Positions 1 through 9,410 of a DNA stretch of 30,827 nt are shown in pieces. Origin of the DNA: Candidatus Methylomirabilia bacterium (lineage in GTDB: Bacteria > Methylomirabilota > Methylomirabilia > Rokubacteriales > CSP1-6); assembly GCA_041484965.1 (NCBI GenBank), contig JBGPIS010000001.1, forward strand, positions 1 through 30,827. The letters are read 5' to 3'. The notes beneath the pieces were generated by a model that made no database searches, was not told where the DNA came from, and worked only from the letters and a program-made list of their open reading frames with translations. The first letter of the stretch is position 1. Each line of letters opens with the position of its first letter. The position numbers and the translations under genes are program-made.

Positions 1-1008
1 GCCGTGGCCGTCGAAGAGGCCCAGGCCCTCGAGGACCTCCTTCCAGTTGCTGGCGATCGCGAGCGCCCGGCGGACGCGCACGTCCTTGAAGGGTTCCTGC
101 TCGAGCTTCATCGCCCCCCAGCCGGTGATCATCCAGACGAAGTCGGCGGTCTGGAGCGCGGGCTTGCGCCGCCGGGCGATGTCGAGGTCGAGGCGGCGCA
201 CGACCATCCCGTACTCGGGCGCGAAGTCGTACCTGCCGGAGAGCCAGGCGGCGAGGCGCGAGGACGCGTCGGGGTCCACGTTGAGGTCCACGCCGTCGGC
301 GTACGGCAGGCCGGAGACGAAGTAGTTCGGGTTCCTCACGAACGTGACGCGGACGTTGGGCTCGTAGCGCTCGAGCATCCAGGGCCCGGTGCCGATGCAG
401 GCCTCGGGCTTCCTCAGGTCGCCCCATTGCTCGACGGCCTCCCTCGGCACGATCCACGTCGTCGTCGCCGCGAGCGCGTCGGGAAACCAGGCGAACGGCT
501 CCTTGAGTGTGAACGTGACGGTGTGGCGGTCGAGCGCCTCGATCTTCTCGACCTGCTCGAGTACGGTGCGGCTGGGGTTGGCCCTGGTTCCGAGGAAGCG
601 CTCGTAGGTGTACTTCACGTCGTCGGCGGTCAGCTCGCGGCCGTTCACCGGGGGCTTGTTGTGCCAGCGCACGCCACGGCGCAGCTTGAAGACGTAGGTC
701 GTCTCGTTCGGCTGGGTCCACGACTCGGCGAGGTCGCCCTCGACCGGGAACGTCCCGGGCTGGACGCCCGGACCCGCCTTGTGCTTCAGCAGGCGGCTGT
801 GGGTGAACGAGAGGGCGATCTGCGTCCACCAGTTGATCGTCAGGTGCGGATCGAACCCCGTGGGGTCGGCGACGGCACAGACCCGGAACACCCCGCCCCG
901 CTTCGGCGCCTGCGCCAGGGCGGCGGGCGGCGTGAGCGACGCGCCGGCGACGCCGGCGCCGAGCGCGGCGCCCCCGAGCTTCAGCAGATCACGACGGGTC
1001 AGAGACAT
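1..1008 (-). CDS. ABC transporter substrate-binding protein, family 5 (peptide/nickel type), Tat-exported; 3' end runs off the window
   Basis: ATG at 1008-1006 gives MSLTRRDLLKLGGAALGAGVAGASLTPPAALAQAPKRGGVFRV (twin-arginine TRRDLLK, hydrophobic core, ALA cleavage site). Later IGTGPWMLERYEPNVRVTFVRNPNYF, the typical family-5 GTGP motif. Absent from the ORF track because no stop lies in the window. Confidence 0.9.
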   Translation of the reverse strand, partial: MSLTRRDLLKLGGAALGAGVAGASLTPPAALAQAPKRGGVFRVCAVADPTGFDPHLTINWWTQIALSFTHSRLLKHKAGPGVQPGTFPVEGDLAESWTQPNETTYVFKLRRGVRWHNKPPVNGRELTADDVKYTYERFLGTRANPSRTVLEQVEKIEALDRHTVTFTLKEPFAWFPDALAATTTWIVPREAVEQWGDLRKPEACIGTGPWMLERYEPNVRVTFVRNPNYFVSGLPYADGVDLNVDPDASSRLAAWLSGRYDFAPEYGMVVRRLDLDIARRRKPALQTADFVWMITGWGAMKLEQEPFKDVRVRRALAIASNWKEVLEGLGLFDGHG

Positions 1009-1129
1009 ACGCGATGCTCCTCGCGGCGAAAGGTGTGCCGAGCTTAGGGGAAGGGGTGCGAAGGGTCAAGCGCGGGGTTATAGTCGACCTCGTGAATACG
1101 ACCCCGTACCCCACAAGGAGTCCCGCACG

Positions 1130-2047
1130 ATGAAAGAGCTCAAGATCTGGATGAACGGCCGGCTCGTGTCCCAGGACCAGGCGACGCTGCCCGTCAACTC
1201 CGCCGCGGTGTTCTACGGCACCAACGTGTTCGAGGGCCTGCGCGCCTACTGGAACGAGGCCGACGGCGAGCTCTACTGCTTCCGCCTGCAGGAGCACTTC
1301 GCCCGCCTGCGCGAGTCGATGAAGATGATGCGCTTCACGGTTCCGTACAGCGACGTGGACCTCTACGAGGCCGCGCGCGAGGTGCTGACGGGGAACGAGA
1401 TCCGCGAGGACGTTCACATGCACCTGGTCGCGTACGTGACCGGCCCCGGCATGGACGCGACCAGCCCGACCGGGCTCTACATCAACCCGCGGCGCCGCGG
1501 CCGCATCTCGGACGGCGGCCTCCGCTGCTGCGTGAGCTCGTGGCTCCGGACCTCGGACAACGCGATCCCGATCCGGCTCAAGTGCGGCGCGAACTACCAG
1601 AACGGCCGGCTCGCGCTGCTCCAGGCCAAGGCCGACGGCTACGACGCGCCCATCTTGTTGAACCAGCGCGGGCACGTGGCCGAGGGCACCGGGGCGACGT
1701 TCTTCATGGCGCGGAAGGGCAAGCTCGTCACGCCGCCGATCTCGAGCGACATCCTCGAGAGCATCACGCGCGAGACCCTGATCGAGGAGATCTGCCCCGC
1801 CCTCGGCCTCGACGTCGTCGAGCGCGAGATCGACCGGACCGAGCTCTACGTGGCCGACGAGGCGTTCTTCTGCGGGAGCGGCTACGAGATCACGCCGATC
1901 GTCTCGATCGACCGGTTCCCGCTGGGCGAGGGCAAGGTCGGCACGACGACGCAGCGCCTGCTCACGGCCTACATGAGCGTGGTGCGCGGCGTGGACGCGC
2001 GCTTCCCGGAGTGGCGCACGCCGACCTACAAGGGGATCAGGGTCTAG
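1130..2047 (+). CDS. ilvE: Branched-chain amino acid aminotransferase (PLP fold type IV)
   Basis: AAGGAG SD at 1115-1120, ATG 1130. Motifs YGTNVFEGLRAY, LKCGANY (PLP lysine), EGTGATFF, ILESITRETL, ADEAFFCGS. Exact substrate within the class IV family not certain. Confidence 0.85.
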   Translation: MKELKIWMNGRLVSQDQATLPVNSAAVFYGTNVFEGLRAYWNEADGELYCFRLQEHFARLRESMKMMRFTVPYSDVDLYEAAREVLTGNEIREDVHMHLVAYVTGPGMDATSPTGLYINPRRRGRISDGGLRCCVSSWLRTSDNAIPIRLKCGANYQNGRLALLQAKADGYDAPILLNQRGHVAEGTGATFFMARKGKLVTPPISSDILESITRETLIEEICPALGLDVVEREIDRTELYVADEAFFCGSGYEITPIVSIDRFPLGEGKVGTTTQRLLTAYMSVVRGVDARFPEWRTPTYKGIRV

Positions 2048-2082
2048 GCGGGAGTCCCGCTCCGGCCGGCCGGCGCCGCCAC

Positions 2083-2712
2083 GTGAACGCGGGGCGCCTG
2101 ATCATCGGCGGAACGCTCGCCGCGATCGCCGCGGTCGCCGCCTCACCCTTTGACGCGCGCGGGCTGGTCGACGCGCGCGGGCGGGCCGCGGGCAGCCTGA
2201 CCGGCCAGCTCCTGGTCGCGACGGAGGACCTTCACGACCCGCGGTTCGTCCGGACCGTGATCTACATGCTCCAGCACGACGCGGGCGGCGCGATGGGGCT
2301 CGTCGTGAACCGCCCGGTCGGCGCCGCGCCGCTCGCGCGTCTGCTCGAGCAGTTTGGCCTGGAGGGCCACGCGGCGAGCGGCAGCATCCGCGTGCACTAC
2401 GGCGGGCCCGTCGAGCCCGGGCACGCGTTCGTGCTGCACACGACCGACTACACGGGCGACGGGACGCGCGTCATCAAGGACGGCATCGCCCTGACGATGC
2501 ATCCGGAGATCCTCGACGCGCTCGCGCAGGGCCGGGGCCCGCGCCACGTCCTCCTCATGCTGGGCTACGCCGGCTGGGCGCCGGGCCAGCTCGAGGCCGA
2601 GATCCAGCGCGGCTCGTGGATCACGGTGCCGTCGGACGAGACGCTGCTCTTCGACGACGAGGCCGGCAAAAAGTGGGAGCGCGCGACGGCGCGGCGGAAG
2701 ATCGAGATCTAG
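2083..2712 (+). CDS. YqgE/AlgH (DUF179) family protein with hydrophobic N-terminal extension
   Basis: Motifs LLVA..DPRFVRTVIY..HDAGGAMGLVVNRP, YGGPVE, LGYAGWAPGQLEAEI..GSW. GTG start at 2083 is inferred. Confidence 0.85.
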   Translation: MNAGRLIIGGTLAAIAAVAASPFDARGLVDARGRAAGSLTGQLLVATEDLHDPRFVRTVIYMLQHDAGGAMGLVVNRPVGAAPLARLLEQFGLEGHAASGSIRVHYGGPVEPGHAFVLHTTDYTGDGTRVIKDGIALTMHPEILDALAQGRGPRHVLLMLGYAGWAPGQLEAEIQRGSWITVPSDETLLFDDEAGKKWERATARRKIEI

Positions 2713-2730
2713 AGCCCAGAAGGAGAGCGC

Positions 2731-5046
2731 ATGACGCACGGGGGCGAGCACGCGACGGACGGCTGGATCGGCCGGCCCCTCAAGCGACGCGAAGACCACC
2801 GGCTGCTGCTGGGCGCGGGGCGCTTCGTGGACGACATCCGGCCGCCCGGGTGCGCTCACGTCGCGCTGCTCCGCTCGCCCCACGCGCACGCGCGCATCGT
2901 GAGGCTCGCCGTCGAGCGCGCGCGGCGCGCGCCCGGTGTGGTGACGGTCGTCACCGGCGCCGAGGTGCGCCAGCTGGCGCCGATGCCGGTCAACCGGCTC
3001 GTGCGCGACATGAAGGTGCCGCCCCATCCGATCCTGGCCGGGACCCACGTCCACGCCGCCGGGACGCCCGTGGCCGCCGTGGTCGCCGAAGACGCCGCCA
3101 CCGCGCGCGACGCGCTCGAGCTGATCGACGTCGAGTACGAACCGCTCGCGGCGCTTCCGGAGCCCGAGGCCGCGGTGGTCGACGGCGCTCCCGTCCTGTT
3201 CCCCGAGATCGAGCGCAATCGCTCCTTCACGCGGACGATCCGCGAGGGTGACGCGGCGGGCGCGTTTCGGGCGGCGGCGCGCACCGTCTCGCTCCGCGTC
3301 GTCCAGGCGCGCCTGGCCGGGGTGCCGCTCGAGCCCCGCACCGTGCTGGCGACCTTCGATGCGTCCACCGAGGAGCTGACGCTCTGGGTCTCCTGTCAGG
3401 CGCCCTTCCGCATCCGGGCCGAGGTGGCGCGGCTCCTCGGGCTCCCCGAGTCGCGCGTGCGGGTGATCGCGCCCGACGTGGGCGGCGGCTTCGGCGTGAA
3501 GAGCGGTCCCTACCGCGAAGAAGTGCTGCTGGCCTGGCTCGCGCGGCGGCTCGCGCGGCCGCTCAAGTGGGTGGCGACGCGCAGCGAGGACCAGATCACC
3601 ACGAATCACTCGCGCGGCTCGGTCTGCGAGGGCGAGCTGGCCCTCGACGCCGCGGGGCGCATCACCGCGCTCCGGGCGCGCGTCGTCTCGCCGCTCGGCG
3701 CCGCGCTGATGAACGCCGCCGCCGGCCCGCCGTGGAACCACGCGCGCCTGCTGACCGGCGCGTACGTCGTGCCGGCGTGCGACATCACGCTCACCGGCGC
3801 GCTCACCACGACCGCGTCGGTCGCGGCCTACCGCGGCGCCGGCCGGCCCGAGGCCTGCTTCGTCATCGAGCGGCTGATGGATGAGGCCGCGCGCGCGTTC
3901 GGGCTCGATCCCGCCGAGATCCGACGGCGCAACTTCGTCGCGCCCGAGCGCTTTCCGTTCCGGACGGCGACGGGCCAGGTCTACGACTCGGGCGACTACC
4001 CGCAGGCGCTCGCCCGCGCGCTCGCCACGGCCGGCTACGTCACGCTGAGGCGCGAGCAGGCCGCGCGGCGCGGGCGCGGCGAGATCGTCGGGATCGGCCT
4101 CGCCTCCTACGTCGAGCCCTGCGCGCTCGGCTGGGAGAGCGGCAGCCTCAAGGTCGAGCGCTCCGGGCGCGTGACCGCGATCACCGGCTCGAGCGCCCAC
4201 GGGCAGGGACACGAGACGACCTTCGCCCAGGTCGTGGCCGACCATCTCGGCGTCACGCCCGACGACGTCGAAGTGGTCCACGGCGACACGCGCTCGGGGC
4301 CCGAGGGCTTCGGCACCTTCGGCAGCCGCAGCGTCGCGCTCGGCGGCGGCGCCCTGGTCCGGGTGGCCGTCGAGGTGCGCGACAAGGGGCGAAAGATCGC
4401 GGCCAAGCTCCTCGAGGCCGCCGCCCTGGACGTGATCGGTGTGGCCGGCGGCTTCCAGGTGGTGGGCGTGCCGCAACGCCGCGTGACCTGGCGCGAGGTG
4501 GCGGCCGCGGCGTACGCCGGCGGCCAGGCCCTGCCGGAGGGCGAGACTCCGGGCCTCGAGGCCACGACGTACTTCCAGCCGGAGGGCGAGGTGTGGAGCT
4601 TCGGCGCCGTCGTCTGCGCGGTGCGCATCGAGGCGGAGACCGGGGGTCTCGTCATCGAGCGCCTCGTGTGGGTGGACGACGCCGGCACGGTGATCAACCC
4701 GCTGCTCGCCGAGGGCCAGCTGCACGGGAGCCTCGCGCAGGGCCTCGGCCAGGCGCTGCTCGAGGCGATCGTGTACGACCGCGACGGTCAGCTGCTCACC
4801 GGCACCCTCATGGACTACGCGATCCCGCGCGCCGCCGACGTGCCGCCCGTCACGATCGAGAAGATGCACACGCCGTCCCCGCGCAATCCACTCGGGGCCA
4901 AGGGGCTGGGCGAGGCCGGCTGCATCGCCATCCCGCCCGCCGTCGTCAACGCCGCGGTGGACGCGCTCGCGCCCTTCGGCATTACGCATCTCGACATGCC
5001 GCTCACGCCCGCGCGGCTCTGGGCGGCGCTTGGGCCGAAGGTGTAG
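2731..5046 (+). CDS. Molybdopterin-binding large subunit, xanthine dehydrogenase / CoxL-like (form II-type motif)
   Basis: 771 aa. RREDHRLLLGAGRFVDDI, LRSPHAHARI, DVGGGFGVK, AYRGAGRPEA (3826-3846), HGQGHETT, GTFGSRS, NPLGAKGLGEAG. AAGGAG SD upstream. Confidence 0.9.
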   Translation: MTHGGEHATDGWIGRPLKRREDHRLLLGAGRFVDDIRPPGCAHVALLRSPHAHARIVRLAVERARRAPGVVTVVTGAEVRQLAPMPVNRLVRDMKVPPHPILAGTHVHAAGTPVAAVVAEDAATARDALELIDVEYEPLAALPEPEAAVVDGAPVLFPEIERNRSFTRTIREGDAAGAFRAAARTVSLRVVQARLAGVPLEPRTVLATFDASTEELTLWVSCQAPFRIRAEVARLLGLPESRVRVIAPDVGGGFGVKSGPYREEVLLAWLARRLARPLKWVATRSEDQITTNHSRGSVCEGELALDAAGRITALRARVVSPLGAALMNAAAGPPWNHARLLTGAYVVPACDITLTGALTTTASVAAYRGAGRPEACFVIERLMDEAARAFGLDPAEIRRRNFVAPERFPFRTATGQVYDSGDYPQALARALATAGYVTLRREQAARRGRGEIVGIGLASYVEPCALGWESGSLKVERSGRVTAITGSSAHGQGHETTFAQVVADHLGVTPDDVEVVHGDTRSGPEGFGTFGSRSVALGGGALVRVAVEVRDKGRKIAAKLLEAAALDVIGVAGGFQVVGVPQRRVTWREVAAAAYAGGQALPEGETPGLEATTYFQPEGEVWSFGAVVCAVRIEAETGGLVIERLVWVDDAGTVINPLLAEGQLHGSLAQGLGQALLEAIVYDRDGQLLTGTLMDYAIPRAADVPPVTIEKMHTPSPRNPLGAKGLGEAGCIAIPPAVVNAAVDALAPFGITHLDMPLTPARLWAALGPKV

Positions 5047-5091
5047 CCCGCCGCGACGCCGATGAGCTCCTTGTGGGCGCGGGCGCGGCGT

Positions 5092-5598
5092 TCACGGCCG
5101 GCGACTCGCCTCTCGAGAAGCACGCAGCGACGTCTCCAGCAGTTCCAGCGCCGCCGTCGCGAACGCCCACATGTTCCTCTCCCGACCGCCGTGCCGCGTC
5201 TCCAGCGTGATCGCCCGCTCGACCGGGCCCGTCACCGCGAGGCACGCGTGGCCCGGCGCGTCGCCGTAGCGGTTGCCCGTCGGCCCGCTCGCGCCCGTCT
5301 CGGCGAGTCCCCACGTGGTACCCAGTAGCTCGCGGATCGTCCGTGCTTTCAGGAGGGCGTACGCCTCGGTGCTCGACCGGATGCCCTTGACCGTTTCGTC
5401 CGGCACCCGCAGCAGGGCGCGCCGCGCCGCCTGCGTGTAGATCACGCCGCCGCCCAGGAAGTAGGCGGAGGCGCCGGGCACGGCGAGCAGCGCAGCCGAG
5501 ATCAATCCGCCCGCCGCCGATTCGGCGACGGCGATCGTCTCCTTCCGCTCCTTCAGCAGCGCTCCGAGCGCTGAGGCCATCGTGGTCAGCTCGTTCAT
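5092..5598 (-). CDS. CinA C-terminal domain / NMN deamidase (PncC-like)
   Basis: TIAVAESAAGGLISAALLAVPGASAYFLGGGVIYT and GLAETGASGP motifs. ATG at 5598. Confidence 0.85.
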   Translation of the reverse strand: MNELTTMASALGALLKERKETIAVAESAAGGLISAALLAVPGASAYFLGGGVIYTQAARRALLRVPDETVKGIRSSTEAYALLKARTIRELLGTTWGLAETGASGPTGNRYGDAPGHACLAVTGPVERAITLETRHGGRERNMWAFATAALELLETSLRASREASRRP

Positions 5599-5651
5599 GG
5601 CTTGGCTCCGATTCGATGCGCCGGCCGGCGCCACGATCCTGGGATCCAACC

Positions 5652-5700
5652 GGCGCTGCGCCGTGCCCCGCGCTGCGCCATGCCCGGCGCTGCGCCATGA
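5652..5700. repeat. 17-bp tandem repeat, about 2.9 copies
   Basis: ggcgctgcgccgtgccc (5652-5668), cgcgctgcgccatgccc (5669-5685), ggcgctgcgccatga (5686-5700). Confidence 0.85.
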
Positions 5701-5855
5701 TAGTCGAGAAGGCTCGCGGGCGCATTTCGGACGAGCACGCGCCGTGCGAGGACAGCCTCCATCGGATGGCGAGGGCATTGAACGTGTCGCTGAAGGCGCT
5801 TGTCGGGTTCACGCCTACCGAGGGAGGGTCCCGAGGCCCGCCAGGTCTTCGCTAG
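5697..5855 (+). pseudogene. Possible remnant of an XRE/Cro-type helix-turn-helix gene
   Basis: 52-aa ORF containing APCEDSLHRMARALNVSLKALVG, which resembles the P...L..IA.AL.VS...L tail of XRE domains. The N-terminal helices are not recognisable. Confidence 0.35.
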
Positions 5856-5877
5856 ACGTTGTCTGGAAAAAAGAAGT

Positions 5878-6256
5878 GCGCCAGAGAAGGCCTGTAAGCC
5901 GGGTTCTGTTCCCCGAGCAGTTTCCTGACCCAGGGCGACAGTCATTTCTCTAGGACGCCGGTTGCCCGACGTCTCCAGCGGCCTAACCCGAGAGCGCGGG
6001 CGGGCGACCCGATGGCTCTCCTATTTGGCCTTGCTCCGGGTGGGGTTTGCCTAGCCGACGCGGTCACCCGCGCCGCTGGTGAGCTCTTACCTCACCGTTT
6101 CACCCTTACCGCCCTCGCGGGCGGCGGTCTGTTTTCTGTGGCACTGGTCCGTGGGGTTGCCCCCCCTGGGTGTTACCCAGCACCCTGCCCTGCGGAGCCC
6201 GGACTTTCCTCCCGCCACGTTGCCGCGGCCGGCGACCGTCCAGCCTTCTCTGGCGC
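5878..6256 (-). ncRNA. rnpB: RNase P RNA, bacterial type A
   Basis: Minus strand has the universal GAGGAAAGUCC and ACAGAACCCGGCUUAC P4 strands, and AGUGCCACAGAAA. A 13-bp P1 helix forms between 5878-5890 and 6244-6256. Confidence 0.97.
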
Positions 6257-6262
6257 GGAGCC

Positions 6263-6268
6263 AGTATA
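6263..6268 (-). promoter_or_regulatory. Putative -10 box (TATACT) of rnpB
   Basis: TATACT lies 6 nt upstream of the predicted rnpB 5' end. Confidence 0.6.
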
Positions 6269-6281
6269 CCGCTGCCCGGGC

Positions 6282-6746
6282 CTAGAGCGCCTGGATGGCT
6301 TCGCGCGCGAGCACGTCGACGCGCTCGTTCAGCGGGTCGCCGCTGTGGCCGCGCACCTTATACCAGTGGACCTCGTGCCGGCGCTCCTGGGCGAACAGCC
6401 GCTCCCAGAGGTCGCGGTTCGCGACGGGCTGCTTCTGGGCGTTCTTCCAGCCGTTCCGCTCCCAGCGCTCCCACCAGCGATCGCGGAAGCAGTTGACGAC
6501 GTAGGCGCTGTCCGAGTGCAGGTGGACGCGCCTGCGTCCGGCAACCGCGGCGAGCCCTTCGACCGCCGCGGTGAGCTCCATGCGCTGGTTGGTCGTCTGG
6601 GGCTCGGCGCCGGACACGGAGCGCTCGTCGCTGCCGTCGAGGATGATGGCCGCCCAGCCGCCGGGGCCGGGATTCCCGGTGCAGGCGCCGTCGGTGTACA
6701 GGGTGACGTCGGGACGGGGGGACGGCTTCGCGCGGGGAGCCGTCAG
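6282..6746 (-). CDS. rnhA: Ribonuclease HI
   Basis: YTDGACTGNPGPGGW, TTNQRMELTA, SDSAYVV, W..NGWK...PVANRDLW, KVRGHSG..NERVD. Start uncertain: CTG at 6746 overlapping the upstream stop, or GTG at 6860. Confidence 0.93.
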   Translation of the reverse strand: MTAPRAKPSPRPDVTLYTDGACTGNPGPGGWAAIILDGSDERSVSGAEPQTTNQRMELTAAVEGLAAVAGRRRVHLHSDSAYVVNCFRDRWWERWERNGWKNAQKQPVANRDLWERLFAQERRHEVHWYKVRGHSGDPLNERVDVLAREAIQAL

Positions 6747-7456
6747 GCGGGTTCCTGCCAGTAGAGGTAGCGGCCGCAGTTCTCGCAGAGCATGAGCGCG
6801 CTGGCGGCCTTCAGCTCCTGGATCGCCTGGGGCCGGATCCCGACGCGGCAGCCGCCGCACACGGCGCCGCTGTTCACGGCGACGACCACGACGCCGCCGC
6901 GCGCTTTCAAGATTTTCTCGTAGTCGGCGAGGAGCGGGCGGGGGAGCTCGATGGCGCGCGAGTTGCGCTCGCCACGCACGACGGCCAGCTCCTGCTCGAC
7001 CTCCGCGAGTTTCTTCCTGATGACGGCCTCGTCCTGCTGGGCCTGCGCCTCGCGCTTCTTGAACTGCGCCTCGGCCGCGCGGATGTCCGCAGCGAGCTTC
7101 TCCTGGAGCTCCATGAGGGCCAGGATCTCCTCCTCGCCCTTGCCCTTCTCCTGCTTGATCGCCTCGATCTCGGTGAGGACGGCCGAGTACTCGGTGTTGT
7201 TCTTCACTTCCCAGAGGCGCGCTTCGGCCTTGGTCCGCTTGGCGGTGACGACCTCGAGGTCCTTTTCCTTCGTCCGGAGGTCCTTCTTGGTCGTGTCGGC
7301 CTTCGCCTTGAGGGCGTCGAGGGCGTTCTTGGCTTCAGCGAGGGCGGCGTGGATCGCGTCGATCTGCTTCGGCAGGCGGGCGGCTTCGGCCTCGAGCGCG
7401 GCGATCCGCGTGTCGAAGGCCTGCAAGTCGATCAGCGTCAGGAGCTGGGTATCCAC
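6743..7456 (-). CDS. Coiled-coil protein with C-terminal C4 zinc ribbon (DUF164 / CT398-like)
   Basis: About 190-aa coiled coil followed by CGGCR...CENCGRYL. Typical position between rpoD/tRNA and rnhA/rnpB. Confidence 0.9.
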   Translation of the reverse strand: MDTQLLTLIDLQAFDTRIAALEAEAARLPKQIDAIHAALAEAKNALDALKAKADTTKKDLRTKEKDLEVVTAKRTKAEARLWEVKNNTEYSAVLTEIEAIKQEKGKGEEEILALMELQEKLAADIRAAEAQFKKREAQAQQDEAVIRKKLAEVEQELAVVRGERNSRAIELPRPLLADYEKILKARGGVVVVAVNSGAVCGGCRVGIRPQAIQELKAASALMLCENCGRYLYWQEPA

Positions 7457-7469
7457 GCGTTCCCCAAGA

Positions 7470-7544
7470 TGGTGGGCCCACCTGGACTCGAACCAAGACC
7501 TAACCGGTTATGAGCCGGCTGCTCTGCCATTGAGCTATGGGCCC
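7470..7544 (-). tRNA. tRNA-Ile2 (anticodon CAT, lysidine type)
   Basis: Cloverleaf GGGCCCA..GCCGG-CTCATAA-CCGGT..TTCGAGT..TGGGCCC-A-CCA with encoded CCA. C4:G69 and C5:G68 (TilS determinants) are present, there is no C1:A72 initiator mismatch, and the position just downstream of rpoD matches ileX. Confidence 0.9.
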
Positions 7545-7552
7545 TCGACGGC

Positions 7553-7558
7553 ATGATA
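7553..7558 (-). promoter_or_regulatory. Putative -10 box (TATCAT) for the tRNA-Ile transcript
   Basis: TATCAT lies 8 nt upstream of the tRNA 5' end, in the rpoD-tRNA gap. Confidence 0.45.
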
Positions 7559-7562
7559 CCGC

Positions 7563-9402
<1,840 letters not shown>

Positions 9403-9410
<8 letters not shown>

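Noticed and set aside
2731-5046. Aerobic CO dehydrogenase (form I CoxL)
   Set aside because: The active-site loop is AYRGAGR rather than AYxCSFR, and no coxMS or coxDEFG genes are present.
5652-5700. CRISPR array
   Set aside because: The 17-bp units are contiguous with no spacers, there are under three copies, and no cas genes are present.
5852-5877. Intrinsic terminator after rnpB
   Set aside because: The U-rich run follows the RNA 3' end, but the nearby weak stem (5852-5866) lies downstream of it on that strand, which is the wrong order for an intrinsic terminator.
7470-7544. tRNA-Met (elongator or initiator)
   Set aside because: No C1:A72 mismatch and no three consecutive G:C pairs closing the anticodon stem as in initiator tRNAs. 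C4:G69/C5:G68 and rpoD synteny favour Ile2, though elongator Met cannot be fully excluded.
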